Assembly: GCA_037444485.1 (NCBI GenBank)
Contig: JBBIMI010000001.1
Location: forward strand, 50,110 to 114,109
Direction: 5' to 3'
DNA: 64,000 bases
DNA from: Candidatus Micrarchaeota archaeon
GTDB taxonomy: Archaea; Micrarchaeota; Micrarchaeia; Norongarragalinales; Norongarragalinaceae
The stretch's first letter is position 1; each line of letters begins with the position of its first letter. The translations under genes were made by a program, and so were the position numbers. Under the pieces are notes generated by a model. That model ran no database searches, was not told where the DNA came from, and saw nothing but the letters and a program-made list of their open reading frames with translations. Below, piece by piece: positions 49,954 to 59,198 of the stretch.

Positions 49954-50805
49954 ATGCGTTTCGGGCCTGGCGGAGTCCCGTTGGGGAGTAAAAAGAGAGA
50001 TAGTCTAGCCGGAATTCAATACTGTCACGACGTAGGGCTTAAGGCTGAAGAGTTGGAATTCGTGCAAGGCGTGCGCATGAACGCCGAACTAGCGCGAAAA
50101 TGCGGCGCGCTTTCAAAAAAGCTTGGCGTGCGTTTGAGTGCGCACGCGCCTTACTTCATCAATTTTCTTTCGGAAAAGCCTTCCACGCGTGGTTTAAGTA
50201 AACGCAACGTTTTGGAAACAGCGAGAGTGTTGAGTGCTGCAGGCGGCGGACGCGTTGTTTTCCACCCTGCTTATTACGGAAAACTCTCGAGGGAGGAAGC
50301 CTTCAAGCAAATGGTTACAGAATTAAGGAGTGTGTTGAATGAAGTAAAGAAAAACGGTTTTAGTAACGTCGTAATCGCACCCGAGTTGACGGGCAAGCGA
50401 AGCCAGTGGGGTTCGCTCGAGGAACTGCTGAAAGCAACAAAAGAAATCGATTCCTCGCTGAAGACGCTGAATCCGTGTTACGATGTTTCACACATTCAAG
50501 CGCGGGGCGAGAATGCGATGCGTTCACGCGAAGACGTGGAAAAGTTTTTCGAGCAAATCCGAAAGAGCTTGGGTGGAAAAGCGTTGAAGCAAATGCATTT
50601 CCACGCTCAAGACGTAGAATTCACCGAATCAGGCGAGCGTTTTCACAAGGTAGTGGGTCAAGGCACTATCAATTGGAAGGAATTCGTTCGCGCGCTCGTC
50701 GAATTCGAGTGCGACGGCACAGTAATCTGCGAGTCTCCAATTCTCGAGAAGGACGCGTTAAAGCTGCAGGAAATGTTTGTGAAAGCAGGCGGCAAGCTTT
50801 CTTGA
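49954..50805 (+). CDS. Endonuclease IV-like TIM barrel
   Basis: SAHAPYFIN, VFHPAYY, PELTGK, DVSH, ICESP. Confidence 0.88.
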   Translation: MRFGPGGVPLGSKKRDSLAGIQYCHDVGLKAEELEFVQGVRMNAELARKCGALSKKLGVRLSAHAPYFINFLSEKPSTRGLSKRNVLETARVLSAAGGGRVVFHPAYYGKLSREEAFKQMVTELRSVLNEVKKNGFSNVVIAPELTGKRSQWGSLEELLKATKEIDSSLKTLNPCYDVSHIQARGENAMRSREDVEKFFEQIRKSLGGKALKQMHFHAQDVEFTESGERFHKVVGQGTINWKEFVRALVEFECDGTVICESPILEKDALKLQEMFVKAGGKLS

Positions 50806-50915
50806 ATCAATTTCACCGGCAGGCCGGCTTGCGCAAGTTTAAAACGCTTAAACCCAACAAATTATTCGAGTGCTAAATTATTTGAGTGCTTTGAGTTAAC
50901 GACGGAGGGCTGGTT

Positions 50916-52166
50916 TTGGTTAGATTCGCTCACCTCGCTGACGTGCACTTAGGTGCTTTCCGCGAGCCGTTGTTACGCGAACTCAACTTGAAGGCTTTCG
51001 AAAACGCTTTAGCAGCGTGCGAACGCGAGAAACTAGACTTCGTAATCATCGCAGGCGACTTGTTCGACATTGCTCTACCAGACTTGCGCGTGGCGGACGC
51101 GGCAGTAAAAGCGTTAAAGCGCTTGCGTGATTCCGGCGCGCGAGTTTACGTGGTTTACGGCTCCCACGATTACTCGCCTACTGAAACAAGCGTCATAGAA
51201 GTAATCGCGAGCGCGGGCGTGCTCACGAAAATCCCATGCGAGTTTGAAGGCGAACAAGCGCGGTTAGACTTCGTTACTGACAAGCCAACTGGCGTAAAGC
51301 TGGCGGGAATGCATGCGCGCAAGCGCGGACTCGAAAAAACGTTTTTCGAGCACTTGAATAAAAGCGTTTTAGAACGCGAAGACGGCGTGAAAATATTTGT
51401 TTTTCACAGCGCGCTTGAAGAATGGCGGCCCCAATTTTTGAAGGAAGGCGAGTGTATTTCAACAGAATTACTGCCGAAAGGGTTTGCCTACTACGCTGCC
51501 GGACACGTGCATGAACGCCGCGAAGGCGCCGTCAACGGGAAGGAAATTGTTTTTCCCGGTCCCTTGAGTGCGAGCGACTACCGCGACCTAGAGCAAATCG
51601 CTTTAAGCAAGCACAGCCACGGGTTTTACTTGGTTGAACTCGATGCTTCACGCAACAAAATCGTTTCAAAAAAATTTCAACCAACAGAATTCCCGCAAGT
51701 CGAGCTTGTCGAACTCGACGCGGACGAAAAAACCGCGTTGCAGGCCAGCGAAGCGCTCTTGCACGCGTGCTCGCGCGTTGAAGCACGAAACAAAATAGTT
51801 TTGCTTAAAGCGCGGGGCGAGCTTTCATCTGGCAGGACGAGCGACGTCGACTTCAAGAGCGCGCGAGAAGTTCTCGAAAAAGCAGGCGCTGTCGACGTCG
51901 TAATCAACCGCAATGCGTTGTCCGCCCGCGAGACACTCCAATTTTCAACAGTTACAGCTTCAAAACAAGAACTAGAGGAAAAATTGTTTGCAGAAGCACA
52001 CTCGAAATTCAAGTCTCCGAACGCTTTCCTACGCGAGAAAGGCATTGAAACAGCGCGGGATTTGTTGAAAGCGATTTCACGCGAGCGCGGAGAAGGCGAG
52101 TCGAAAAGCGATTACGAGGCGCGCGTTACGCGCGAAGGCTTGAAAACTCTGCGAGTCGAAGGTTAA
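50916..52166 (+). CDS. mre11: Mre11 nuclease
   Basis: HLADVHLG, AGDLFD, GSHD, AGHVH. Confidence 0.92.
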   Translation: MVRFAHLADVHLGAFREPLLRELNLKAFENALAACEREKLDFVIIAGDLFDIALPDLRVADAAVKALKRLRDSGARVYVVYGSHDYSPTETSVIEVIASAGVLTKIPCEFEGEQARLDFVTDKPTGVKLAGMHARKRGLEKTFFEHLNKSVLEREDGVKIFVFHSALEEWRPQFLKEGECISTELLPKGFAYYAAGHVHERREGAVNGKEIVFPGPLSASDYRDLEQIALSKHSHGFYLVELDASRNKIVSKKFQPTEFPQVELVELDADEKTALQASEALLHACSRVEARNKIVLLKARGELSSGRTSDVDFKSAREVLEKAGAVDVVINRNALSARETLQFSTVTASKQELEEKLFAEAHSKFKSPNAFLREKGIETARDLLKAISRERGEGESKSDYEARVTREGLKTLRVEG

Positions 52167-52186
52167 CTTCAAAGTTGTGAAAGAAA

Positions 52187-52756
52187 ATGGTTGAGAAAGA
52201 GTTTTTGGATGTTGTTGACGAGAACGATAACGTAATCGGGAAAGCCAGCAGGATAGCTTGCCACGTAAACAATTCATTGATTCACCGAAGCGTAGTCGTC
52301 TTGCTGTACGACTCCAACAATCAAGTGTTTTTAGTGAAGCGCAAGGAAAACAAAACCGAGTATCCTGGGGCTTTGGATTCAAGCGTGGCAGGCCACGTGC
52401 ATTCAAGCGAATCTTACGAGCAAAGCGCTGAACGCGAGTTGCAGGAAGAATTAGGCGTCACTCAAGTCGAAATAAAGAAAATCGGCAAGTTTGACTGCTT
52501 TACTGCTTCAGAGCGCGAGATTGTATGCGTTTTCGCTTGCAAGTTCGACGGCGAACCGCACTCAAAGGAAGCTGTTTCAGGAAGGTTTTACACGCTGAAA
52601 GAAGCAGGAGACGCAATCGCTTTCGGCAACGTCACGCCTTGGCTTGAAGGCGGCTGGAAGTTGTTCAAACAATTCTTGTCGGAAAAGCAAGAGTGCGAAG
52701 CGCGCGAGCGCGAAAAGCAACGCGCGCAAAAAGGTAAGCAAAATGTTGTTGCGTGA
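52187..52756 (+). CDS. Nudix hydrolase (IDI-1/YfcD-like)
   Basis: LDVVDEND, IHRSV, Nudix box GHVHSSESYEQSAERELQEELG. Confidence 0.85.
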   Translation: MVEKEFLDVVDENDNVIGKASRIACHVNNSLIHRSVVVLLYDSNNQVFLVKRKENKTEYPGALDSSVAGHVHSSESYEQSAERELQEELGVTQVEIKKIGKFDCFTASEREIVCVFACKFDGEPHSKEAVSGRFYTLKEAGDAIAFGNVTPWLEGGWKLFKQFLSEKQECEAREREKQRAQKGKQNVVA

Positions 52757-54761
52757 ATTAGAACTCGAGAACATGCGGAGTTACAAGCATGCAAGCGTGC
52801 GTTTCGAAGACGGCGTCACGCTCTTCGAAGGCGACATAGGCGGCGGCAAAAGCACGCTTCTCTACGCAATCGAATTCGCTTTGTTCGGGCTCGGTGACTT
52901 GAAAGCCGGTTTCTTGCTGCGGAACGACGCGGAAAACGGTTTCGTGAAACTAAAGTTTGATTCCAACGGCAAAAGTTACACTATAAAGCGTTCACTCACG
53001 CGCAAGCGCGGCAGCGTGCAGCAGGGAAGCGCCTTCGTTGAAGAAGGCGGGAAGCGCAGCGAGTACTCGCCCGAAGAAGTGAAAGCACGCGTATTACAGA
53101 TTCTCGAGTTTAACGAAAATCCTTCACCGAAAGCAACCTCATGGATTTACCGTTACGCTATTTTCACGCCGCAAGAAGAAATGAAGCGAGTACTCGAACT
53201 CGACGATGAAGAGCGAATGCAGACGATACGTAAAGCGCTGGGAGTAGAAGAGTACAAGACAGCGCGCGAGAACGCAGGCGCGATAACGCGCGAGTTGCTC
53301 GCCCGCGAACGCGTACTCGAAGAAGCAACACGCGACTTGACGGAACTAGAAGACAAACTCACCGCCCTTTCAAAAGAAAAAAACAAGGCGCTCGAACAAG
53401 CGCGTTCAGCTCAAGAAAAAGCGAGAGAGTTGGAGGAAAGAGTTGAAAACGCGAAGAAGGAACGCGAGGCACTGCGCGCGCAGTTGCTGGAGTTCGAAGC
53501 ATTGACGCGTGAAATCCCGTTACTCGAAAAACAAGCGAGCGAGAAAAAGCGTTTACTGCAGCAAACGCGAGTAGAGGCGCAGAATACGCGGTCGGAAGCG
53601 GTTCCTTACGATACTGAACTGCAGGAAAGGCTGGCCGTAAAACCGCCGTTACTAAGCGAAGAGCAAGCTCGCGCCGCGCTCTCGCAGGCGCGCGAAGCAT
53701 CGCTGAAAGCGAATTCGGAAGCGAGTGCTTTGAGTGCGGAAGCACTGCACGTCGAAGAATTAATTAAGCAAGGCAAGTGCCCGAATTGCGGCCAAAACAT
53801 TCCCGGACGCGAGTTTTTACGCAAAGTCGAAGACTTGAAGAAAACCATTCTCGAAAAACAACGCATTGCAGGTGAAGCAGCAGCGCTCGAGAAAAAAGCG
53901 GAAGCGCAATTAGAGGAAGCAAGGAATTTCACTCTCACGCAAAACCGCATCAAAGAATTAATGGCGTGGCTCGAGAAAAACAGGGAACGCGAAAAACAAG
54001 CGCGCGAGCGTGAAGCCCGCTTAACGTCAGAAATAAGTGTTTTAGAAAACGAGTTGCTTGAAAAACGAGTTAAAGCAAAAAAATTCGAGTCTTCAAAACA
54101 ACAACTCAACGAGAAGGAAGCCGAAGCCAAGCGTTTAGAATTCGAACTCCGTGCAGCCCTGCAAGCGAAAACAATGGCGGAAACGCAAGCTCGCGCGCTT
54201 GAAGTTCAAGACACAGAAGCAACACGCAAAATCAATGAAAAGAAAGCCAAACGCGAGGCATTACAAGACTTGCGTGAAAAACGCGAATGGCTTTCAAACT
54301 GCTTCGCGCCCGCACTCGAGAAAATCGAGCAAAGCGTTCTCGCCAAGACGCACGCGGAATTCAACGCCTTGTTTCAAAAACACTTTCAAACGCTCGTCGA
54401 ATACGGTGATTTGAGCGTGCAAGCAAGCGAAGCCTTCGCGCCCATCGTAACGCAAAACGGTTACGAACAAGATTTCAAGGCGTTAAGCGGAGGCGAAAAG
54501 AACGCGCTTGCGCTCGCGTACAGGCTCGCGTTGAATGCGGTGGTGCGTGAGAACACGCCGAGCCTAAAAGACAATTTATTGATTCTTGACGAGCCTACTG
54601 ACGGCTTCAGCAAGGAACAACTCGCGCGCGTTAGGGACGTGATTGATGCGGTTGGCGCGAGGCAAGTGTTGTTGGTTAGTCACGAGCGGGAGCTTGAAGC
54701 ATTCGCAGACCGCGTTTACAGAATAGAGAAAAAAGCAGGCGAATCACGCATAAACGCTTGA
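52743..54761 (+). CDS. rad50: Rad50 ATPase (672 aa)
   Basis: GDIGGGKST, Zn hook CPNCG, LSGGE, LDEPT, VSHE. Confidence 0.93.
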   Translation: MLLRELELENMRSYKHASVRFEDGVTLFEGDIGGGKSTLLYAIEFALFGLGDLKAGFLLRNDAENGFVKLKFDSNGKSYTIKRSLTRKRGSVQQGSAFVEEGGKRSEYSPEEVKARVLQILEFNENPSPKATSWIYRYAIFTPQEEMKRVLELDDEERMQTIRKALGVEEYKTARENAGAITRELLARERVLEEATRDLTELEDKLTALSKEKNKALEQARSAQEKARELEERVENAKKEREALRAQLLEFEALTREIPLLEKQASEKKRLLQQTRVEAQNTRSEAVPYDTELQERLAVKPPLLSEEQARAALSQAREASLKANSEASALSAEALHVEELIKQGKCPNCGQNIPGREFLRKVEDLKKTILEKQRIAGEAAALEKKAEAQLEEARNFTLTQNRIKELMAWLEKNREREKQAREREARLTSEISVLENELLEKRVKAKKFESSKQQLNEKEAEAKRLEFELRAALQAKTMAETQARALEVQDTEATRKINEKKAKREALQDLREKREWLSNCFAPALEKIEQSVLAKTHAEFNALFQKHFQTLVEYGDLSVQASEAFAPIVTQNGYEQDFKALSGGEKNALALAYRLALNAVVRENTPSLKDNLLILDEPTDGFSKEQLARVRDVIDAVGARQVLLVSHERELEAFADRVYRIEKKAGESRINA

Positions 54762-54824
54762 CGTGCGACGCTTGACTTGCGCAGGCGAAAACGGTTTAAA
54801 CCACGCTGCGCTTTCTCTTTTTTC

Positions 54825-55631
54825 ATGAAAACTAGAATTACTAAAACCGTTTCGAAAAGCGTTTTAAGGAAGCTTTACTCGCCGCCGAAGTCGTCGCATA
54901 AAGGCGAAAACGGGGTTGTAACGATAGTCGGCGGTTCGCGTCAGTATCACGGTGCGCCGATTCTAGCAGTGCGCGCTGCAAGTCGCTTCTGTGACTTGGT
55001 TTACTTTCACTCGCCTTTCGGTTTAAACAACTCGCTCGTAAAGAAAATGAGGTTCGAGGTTGCGGAAGTAATAGTCGTTGAAGCGGGAAAACTCGGATGG
55101 GCAGTAAAACGAAGCGATTGCGTGTTAATCGGTAATGGGATGGACGTCAACGCGAAGACGAAGAGACTCGTGAACGGATTGCTTGAAAAATTTTCGTTAA
55201 AAAAATTCGTGTTGGACGCGGCTGCACTGCGAGTCGTCGACAAAAAACTGTTGTCGCCGCGCGTGGTAGTAACGCCGCACGCCGGCGAGTTTAAAGCGTT
55301 GTTCGGCGTAGAGGCGAGCAGAGAACAAGTTTTCAAGCAAGCGAAGAAATTCGATTGCATCGTGCTGCTGAAGGGCCCGGCGGATTTCATTTCGGACGGC
55401 AAGCACCTCTTCGAGAACGAGACTGGAAACGCTGGAATGACGAAGGGTGGGACCGGCGATTGTCTCGCGGGTTTGCTGGCGGCGCTCGCATGCAAAAACG
55501 ATTTGTTGACTGCAGCGTGCGCGGCTGCGTTTGCGAACGGCGCCGCAGGCGATTTGTTGTTTAAAGAAAAAGGTTTTAATTATAATGCGAGTGATTTGGT
55601 TGAAGCGCTCCCACGCGTTTTTAAAAGGTGA
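54825..55631 (+). CDS. nnrD: ADP-dependent NAD(P)H-hydrate dehydratase
   Basis: SHKGENG, TPHAGEF, GGTGD. Confidence 0.9.
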   Translation: MKTRITKTVSKSVLRKLYSPPKSSHKGENGVVTIVGGSRQYHGAPILAVRAASRFCDLVYFHSPFGLNNSLVKKMRFEVAEVIVVEAGKLGWAVKRSDCVLIGNGMDVNAKTKRLVNGLLEKFSLKKFVLDAAALRVVDKKLLSPRVVVTPHAGEFKALFGVEASREQVFKQAKKFDCIVLLKGPADFISDGKHLFENETGNAGMTKGGTGDCLAGLLAALACKNDLLTAACAAAFANGAAGDLLFKEKGFNYNASDLVEALPRVFKR

Positions 55632-55637
55632 GAAAAA

Positions 55638-55964
55638 ATGGCTAGTGGTTTAAGTGGGTTGCTTGCGGTTGCCGAGGCGACTGCAACTGCGACTGCAGCG
55701 CAGCCGAGCGGTTTTGGAATAGTTGGCTGGGTTATTGCTGCTATAGTATTCTTCGCCTTAGCGTTTCTAGTAATAAGGTTTTTAAAGAAAATCTTGGTTA
55801 ATACCGTCCTCGGAGTCCTTGCGTTGATTGTAATAGATTACTTTGGCGCGTCGTTAGGCTTGAAGATAGGCGTCAACATCGTGACCGTAATCGTAAGTGC
55901 GGTGTTCGGCTTGGCGGGCGTCGGGCTACTGATTTTATTAGCTCTCTTCGGAATACGTTTTTAA
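55638..55964 (+). CDS. BofA-like small membrane protein
   Basis: KILVNTVLG...IGVNIVTVIVSAVFGLAG. Confidence 0.7.
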   Translation: MASGLSGLLAVAEATATATAAQPSGFGIVGWVIAAIVFFALAFLVIRFLKKILVNTVLGVLALIVIDYFGASLGLKIGVNIVTVIVSAVFGLAGVGLLILLALFGIRF

Positions 55965-56538
55965 TTTATTTCTCGAGCTGAAATTTTATTCTCCCATTCA
56001 CCCGCTTGCCTATCTTCATCTAGTCGTTTTTCCAAGTACTTGCGGAAAGAAGTTTGAAAGAAATTGTTTTGTAATGCGTTTGAAGACCACAAATTGCTTC
56101 TAGTTTTAGAATTTTCAACATCGAGAGAACCCCAATCGAATTCGCTTGGCTTTTGTAAGTAATAAAGCAATAATTTTGTCGCTTCTTCGTTTAGTGCATT
56201 ATTGCGGTTAATGCCTATTTTTGAGAGAAATTTTTTTGCGCCTTTAACGGTTTTTAGTTTGCCGTCTAGTTTCACTTCAACTTGATATGGATATTTGCCA
56301 TCCCAAGCTTCAGGCACTATATCTTTCTTGCCGTCTGTTTTTGCTTTAAAAATTCCATGCAATGAATCTGAATCTAGATTAAGCAAGAATAAGAAATCGT
56401 TTTTTTGACCGCTAAAGCTTTTTCAGCATACGATTTGCTCGTTGAAAAAAGCATTCTATCAAAACATTCTTTTTCAGTCTTATCCGTGCATACAAAAATA
56501 TGTCCTCTTACCACAGAAACTTCTTGTATTTGTTCCAC
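55961..56538 (-). pseudogene. DCD-domain protein split by a frameshift at an A7 run (56400-56406)
   Basis: Frame A (GTG 56538): GHIFVCTDKTEKECFDRMLF...AVKK; frame B: NDFLFLLNLDSDSLHGIFKA...PEAW..YPYQV; one extra A joins them. Confidence 0.75.
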
Positions 56539-56632
56539 CCGCTGTTATCCCTCGCGATATTAATGTAAACTCTAATTTTAATACTTTCAAACAAATAAAA
56601 AGGGGAGAAAGGCGCAAAGCGCCTTTAGAGGT

Positions 56633-57670
56633 TTAGTCTTCTACGTCCGCGATTCCTTCTGGCGTCACGCGGAACACGCATTCGGAATCCGGCAAGTCCG
56701 GCGCATCAACGAGTTTCGCGATTCTGCGGTCTTCCTTGCTTCTGCGTAAATAAAGCCTGTAGCCGCTGATGTGCGCGAGTATGTTTCCACCTACTGGCGC
56801 GGTCGGGTCACCGAAGAGAATGTCTGGTCGTTCCATTACTTGGTTCGTGATGTAAACCGCGATGTTGTGCAAGTCCGCCAGGCGTTGCAGCGTGTGCAAG
56901 TGCTTGTTGAGTTTTTGTTGGCGTTCTGCGAGAGTGCCGCGTCCAACGTAATCGTTGCGGAATGCGGACGTTAATGAGTCGACGATGATTAGCTTGATGT
57001 TGTGTTGTTTGATTAGTTCTTCAGCCTTGTCTATCAAAAGCATTTGGTGGTCTGAATTCCAAGCGCGGGCGACGAAAATGTTTTTGAGGACTCTCTCCGG
57101 GTCGAGTCCCTTAGCGCGAGCCATTTGCGCAACGCGTTCAGGCCGGAAAGTATTTTCAGTATCGACGTAGAGGACTCCGCCTTCAAGCCCTCCAGCAGCG
57201 CGGGGAAGCTGGACGTTTACGCACAATTGGAACGCGAGTTGCGTTTTTCCGCTCGAGAATTTGGCGTAAGCTTCGGTAATCGTTTGCGTTTGAATTCCTT
57301 TTCCGCCGAGGAGGTTGTCGAGTTCCTTCGACCCCGTGGTAATCGTGTCGATGAGCAGCCTGCGTTCGAGGACTTTGTCGCCGGTTTCGTAACCCATTTC
57401 AAGCGCTTGACGCGCTGAATTGATTACCTTGATTGCAGTGCCTTCGCCGATGCCAGCAACTTCAGCGAGTTCAGCGGGCATGCTGACCGCAATCATTTCC
57501 AGCGTGTTGTAGCCAGCGTCTTCGAGCTTGCGTGCGGTGGCTTCGCCGACTCCAGGCAGTTCAGCGATTGTCTGGATTCGCTTTTTGCTTTGCTTTTCGT
57601 TCTTTTCGCTTTTCTCTATTTCGACGGCAAGAGCCTCGAGAGAGGCATTTTCGCCTTCTTTCTTCGCCAT
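56633..57670 (-). CDS. radA: RadA recombinase, no intein
   Basis: N-terminal Hh[25 protein letters not shown]. Confidence 0.97.
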   Translation of the reverse strand: MAKKEGENASLEALAVEIEKSEKNEKQSKKRIQTIAELPGVGEATARKLEDAGYNTLEMIAVSMPAELAEVAGIGEGTAIKVINSARQALEMGYETGDKVLERRLLIDTITTGSKELDNLLGGKGIQTQTITEAYAKFSSGKTQLAFQLCVNVQLPRAAGGLEGGVLYVDTENTFRPERVAQMARAKGLDPERVLKNIFVARAWNSDHQMLLIDKAEELIKQHNIKLIIVDSLTSAFRNDYVGRGTLAERQQKLNKHLHTLQRLADLHNIAVYITNQVMERPDILFGDPTAPVGGNILAHISGYRLYLRRSKEDRRIAKLVDAPDLPDSECVFRVTPEGIADVED

Positions 57671-57805
57671 TTTTCTTCTCCTCCGGCAGTAAGCCTGCTT
57701 TTGCAGGCATTTTCGCCCAACTAGTTGAAAAACATTAGAAAAAAAGGGTTTTTAAACTTGAGTCAACCTCGCTGCCAGTGAATTAAATAAGCGGGCCCGC
57801 CGGGA

Positions 57806-58033
57806 TTCTCGTGCACTTTTTTCTTAAATTTTTTTCTTTTCCTAACAGTTTTTTTTTAAGTCTCTCCAATTCTTTCTTTTCCAAGGTTTTTTCTTTTCTT
57901 TAAAGAAAAAAGCTTTTTTCCAAGGTTTTTTCTTTTCTTTAAAGAAAAAAGCTTTTTTCCAAGGTTTTTTCTTTTCTTTAAAGAAAAAAGCTTTTTTCCA
58001 AGGTTTTCTTTCTTTCCAAGAAAGAAAAGCTTT
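57806..58033 (-). other. tRNA-Arg T-loop intron at 59/60 (228 nt)
   Basis: Central helix TTCG/CGAG, bulges AA|A and AA|T, T-stem as outer helix. Confidence 0.82.
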
Positions 58034-58035
58034 TT
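57881..58035. repeat. 39-nt tandem repeat, three exact copies plus one variant
   Basis: CCAAGG starts at 57881, 57920, 57959 and 57998; no spacers. Confidence 0.9.
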
Positions 58036-58054
58036 CGAACCCGGGACCACGGCT

Positions 58055-58103
58055 GTCCGCAAACACGCCTGCTTTTTCAGCGGTTTTCTTGCGTCCGCGT
58101 TTT
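58055..58103 (-). other. tRNA-Arg intron at 37/38 (49 nt)
   Basis: Full BHB: helix TTGC/GCGG, bulges GG|A and AC|A, inner AAACGCG/CGTGTTT. Confidence 0.9.
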
Positions 58104-58302
58104 CCGCAAGCCGTTAGTTTATCCAGGCTAGCCTACGGGCCCGTTTTGCAAACAATTTTTGGCGTTTCTTGATTAAATAATGTTGTTGTAGGCGAGTGGG
58201 AGTGGCTTATAAAAACTAGTGAGTGCAAAACTTTTTGTTTATTTTCGTTTTTTAGTAAAGGTTTAATTCCGGGTTTTTTGTTTTTTCGGTGGGTGGTTTA
58301 TA

Positions 58303-58458
58303 GTGAAGGTTTGCAGTAGTTGTGGTAGGCAGTCGAGCGAGTTCGTTGAATTCTTTTGTCCTGGCGAAAGTTGTAGTGGAAAAATAGTTCGCTGCAAGGC
58401 GTGCCGTGAGAACAGCATCAAGTGGAAGTGTGGAAAGTGCGGGGCGAGCGGGCCGTAA
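58303..58458 (+). CDS. DUF1610 (HVO_2753-like) zinc-finger protein
   Basis: Manual translation MKVCSSCG...FFCPGESC...IVRCKACR...KCGKCGASGP. Confidence 0.88.
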   Translation: MKVCSSCGRQSSEFVEFFCPGESCSGKIVRCKACRENSIKWKCGKCGASGP

Positions 58459-58895
58459 AACTGGTTATGGCGTCCGGCGTTTTCGACGTTCTTCACCCCG
58501 GGCACGTGGATTTTCTCTCGAAAGCGCGGGCTTTAGGCGACGAGCTTTTAGTGGTCGTTGCACGCGATTCAACTGTGCGGCGAGCGAAGAAAAGCGAGCC
58601 TTTGTTTGACGAGGACGCGCGGCTGGCGCTAGTGCAGGCTTTAAAACCGGTTTCGCTTGCTGTGCTCGGTAACGAAATAAAAAAGAAAAACGATTTTTTT
58701 GAAGTCGTACGGCGATTCAAGCCAGCAGTAATTGCGTTAGGCTACGACCAGAAAATCAACGAGAAAGAATTAAAGAAAAAACTCGAAGAACTTGCCTTGA
58801 AAGTTAAGGTCGTGCGGCTCCCTGCATTTGAGCCGAAGCGCTTCAAGAGTTCGTTAATCAAGAAACGCGTTCGTGAAACGGTGCGGTTGGCGTGA
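58422..58895 (+). CDS. ribL: FAD synthase (archaeal); start uncertain
   Basis: MASGVFDVLHPGH, VVVARD, LGYDQ. Confidence 0.85.
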   Translation: MEVWKVRGERAVKLVMASGVFDVLHPGHVDFLSKARALGDELLVVVARDSTVRRAKKSEPLFDEDARLALVQALKPVSLAVLGNEIKKKNDFFEVVRRFKPAVIALGYDQKINEKELKKKLEELALKVKVVRLPAFEPKRFKSSLIKKRVRETVRLA

Positions 58896-58928
58896 GGGGC
58901 GGTGCGTTAGAGGAGGTGAATTGGTTTT

Positions 58929-59177
58929 TTGGGTAAAGTGCTTACGCGGCTAAAAATTTTTCCTAAAGAAGACGTGGATTTGAATGAGTTGCTTGAGCGC
59001 GTGAAACGCATTCCTGGAAACAATTCCGCGAAAATCGTGGACTACGTTTTCGGAGTAAAGATTATTGTCGCGAGCTTCGTGTGTGAGGATTCGGAAGCAC
59101 ACGATTTTGAAGATGAAACACGCAAACTAGAGGGCGTAAGCGAAGTGCAAGTCGAGGAAGTCGGTTTGATAACTTAA
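58929..59177 (+). CDS. ef1b: Elongation factor 1-beta
   Basis: MGKVLTRLKIFP...VFGVK...EGVSEVQV; GAGGAGGTGA SD. Confidence 0.9.
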   Translation: MGKVLTRLKIFPKEDVDLNELLERVKRIPGNNSAKIVDYVFGVKIIVASFVCEDSEAHDFEDETRKLEGVSEVQVEEVGLIT

Positions 59178-59198
59178 GATAAACTTAAGGTTCAAGAA

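Larger units (their letters stand above)
57792..58142 (-). tRNA. tRNA-Arg(GCG) with two introns (37/38 and 59/60)
   Basis: Spliced: GGGCCCG TA GGCT AGCCTGGATA AACT A ACGGC TTGCGGA GCCGT GGTC CCGGG TTCGAAT CCCGG CGGGCCC G. Confidence 0.9.

Noticed and set aside
52187..52756. Confident call as IPP isomerase (idi)
   Set aside because: The catalytic Cys position is Ala, so it is left as a Nudix hydrolase.
56633..57670. Intein in RadA (also considered for RFC-L and Cdc48)
   Set aside because: Protein lengths are normal and no intein motifs are seen.
57881..58035. CRISPR array
   Set aside because: Units are head-to-tail with no unique spacers, no cas genes are present, and the array lies inside a tRNA gene.
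57842..58066. Repetitive ORFs (KPWKKAFFFKEKK and KNLGKKLFSLKKR)
   Set aside because: They stay open only because the 39-nt period is a multiple of 3, and they start inside tRNA sequence.
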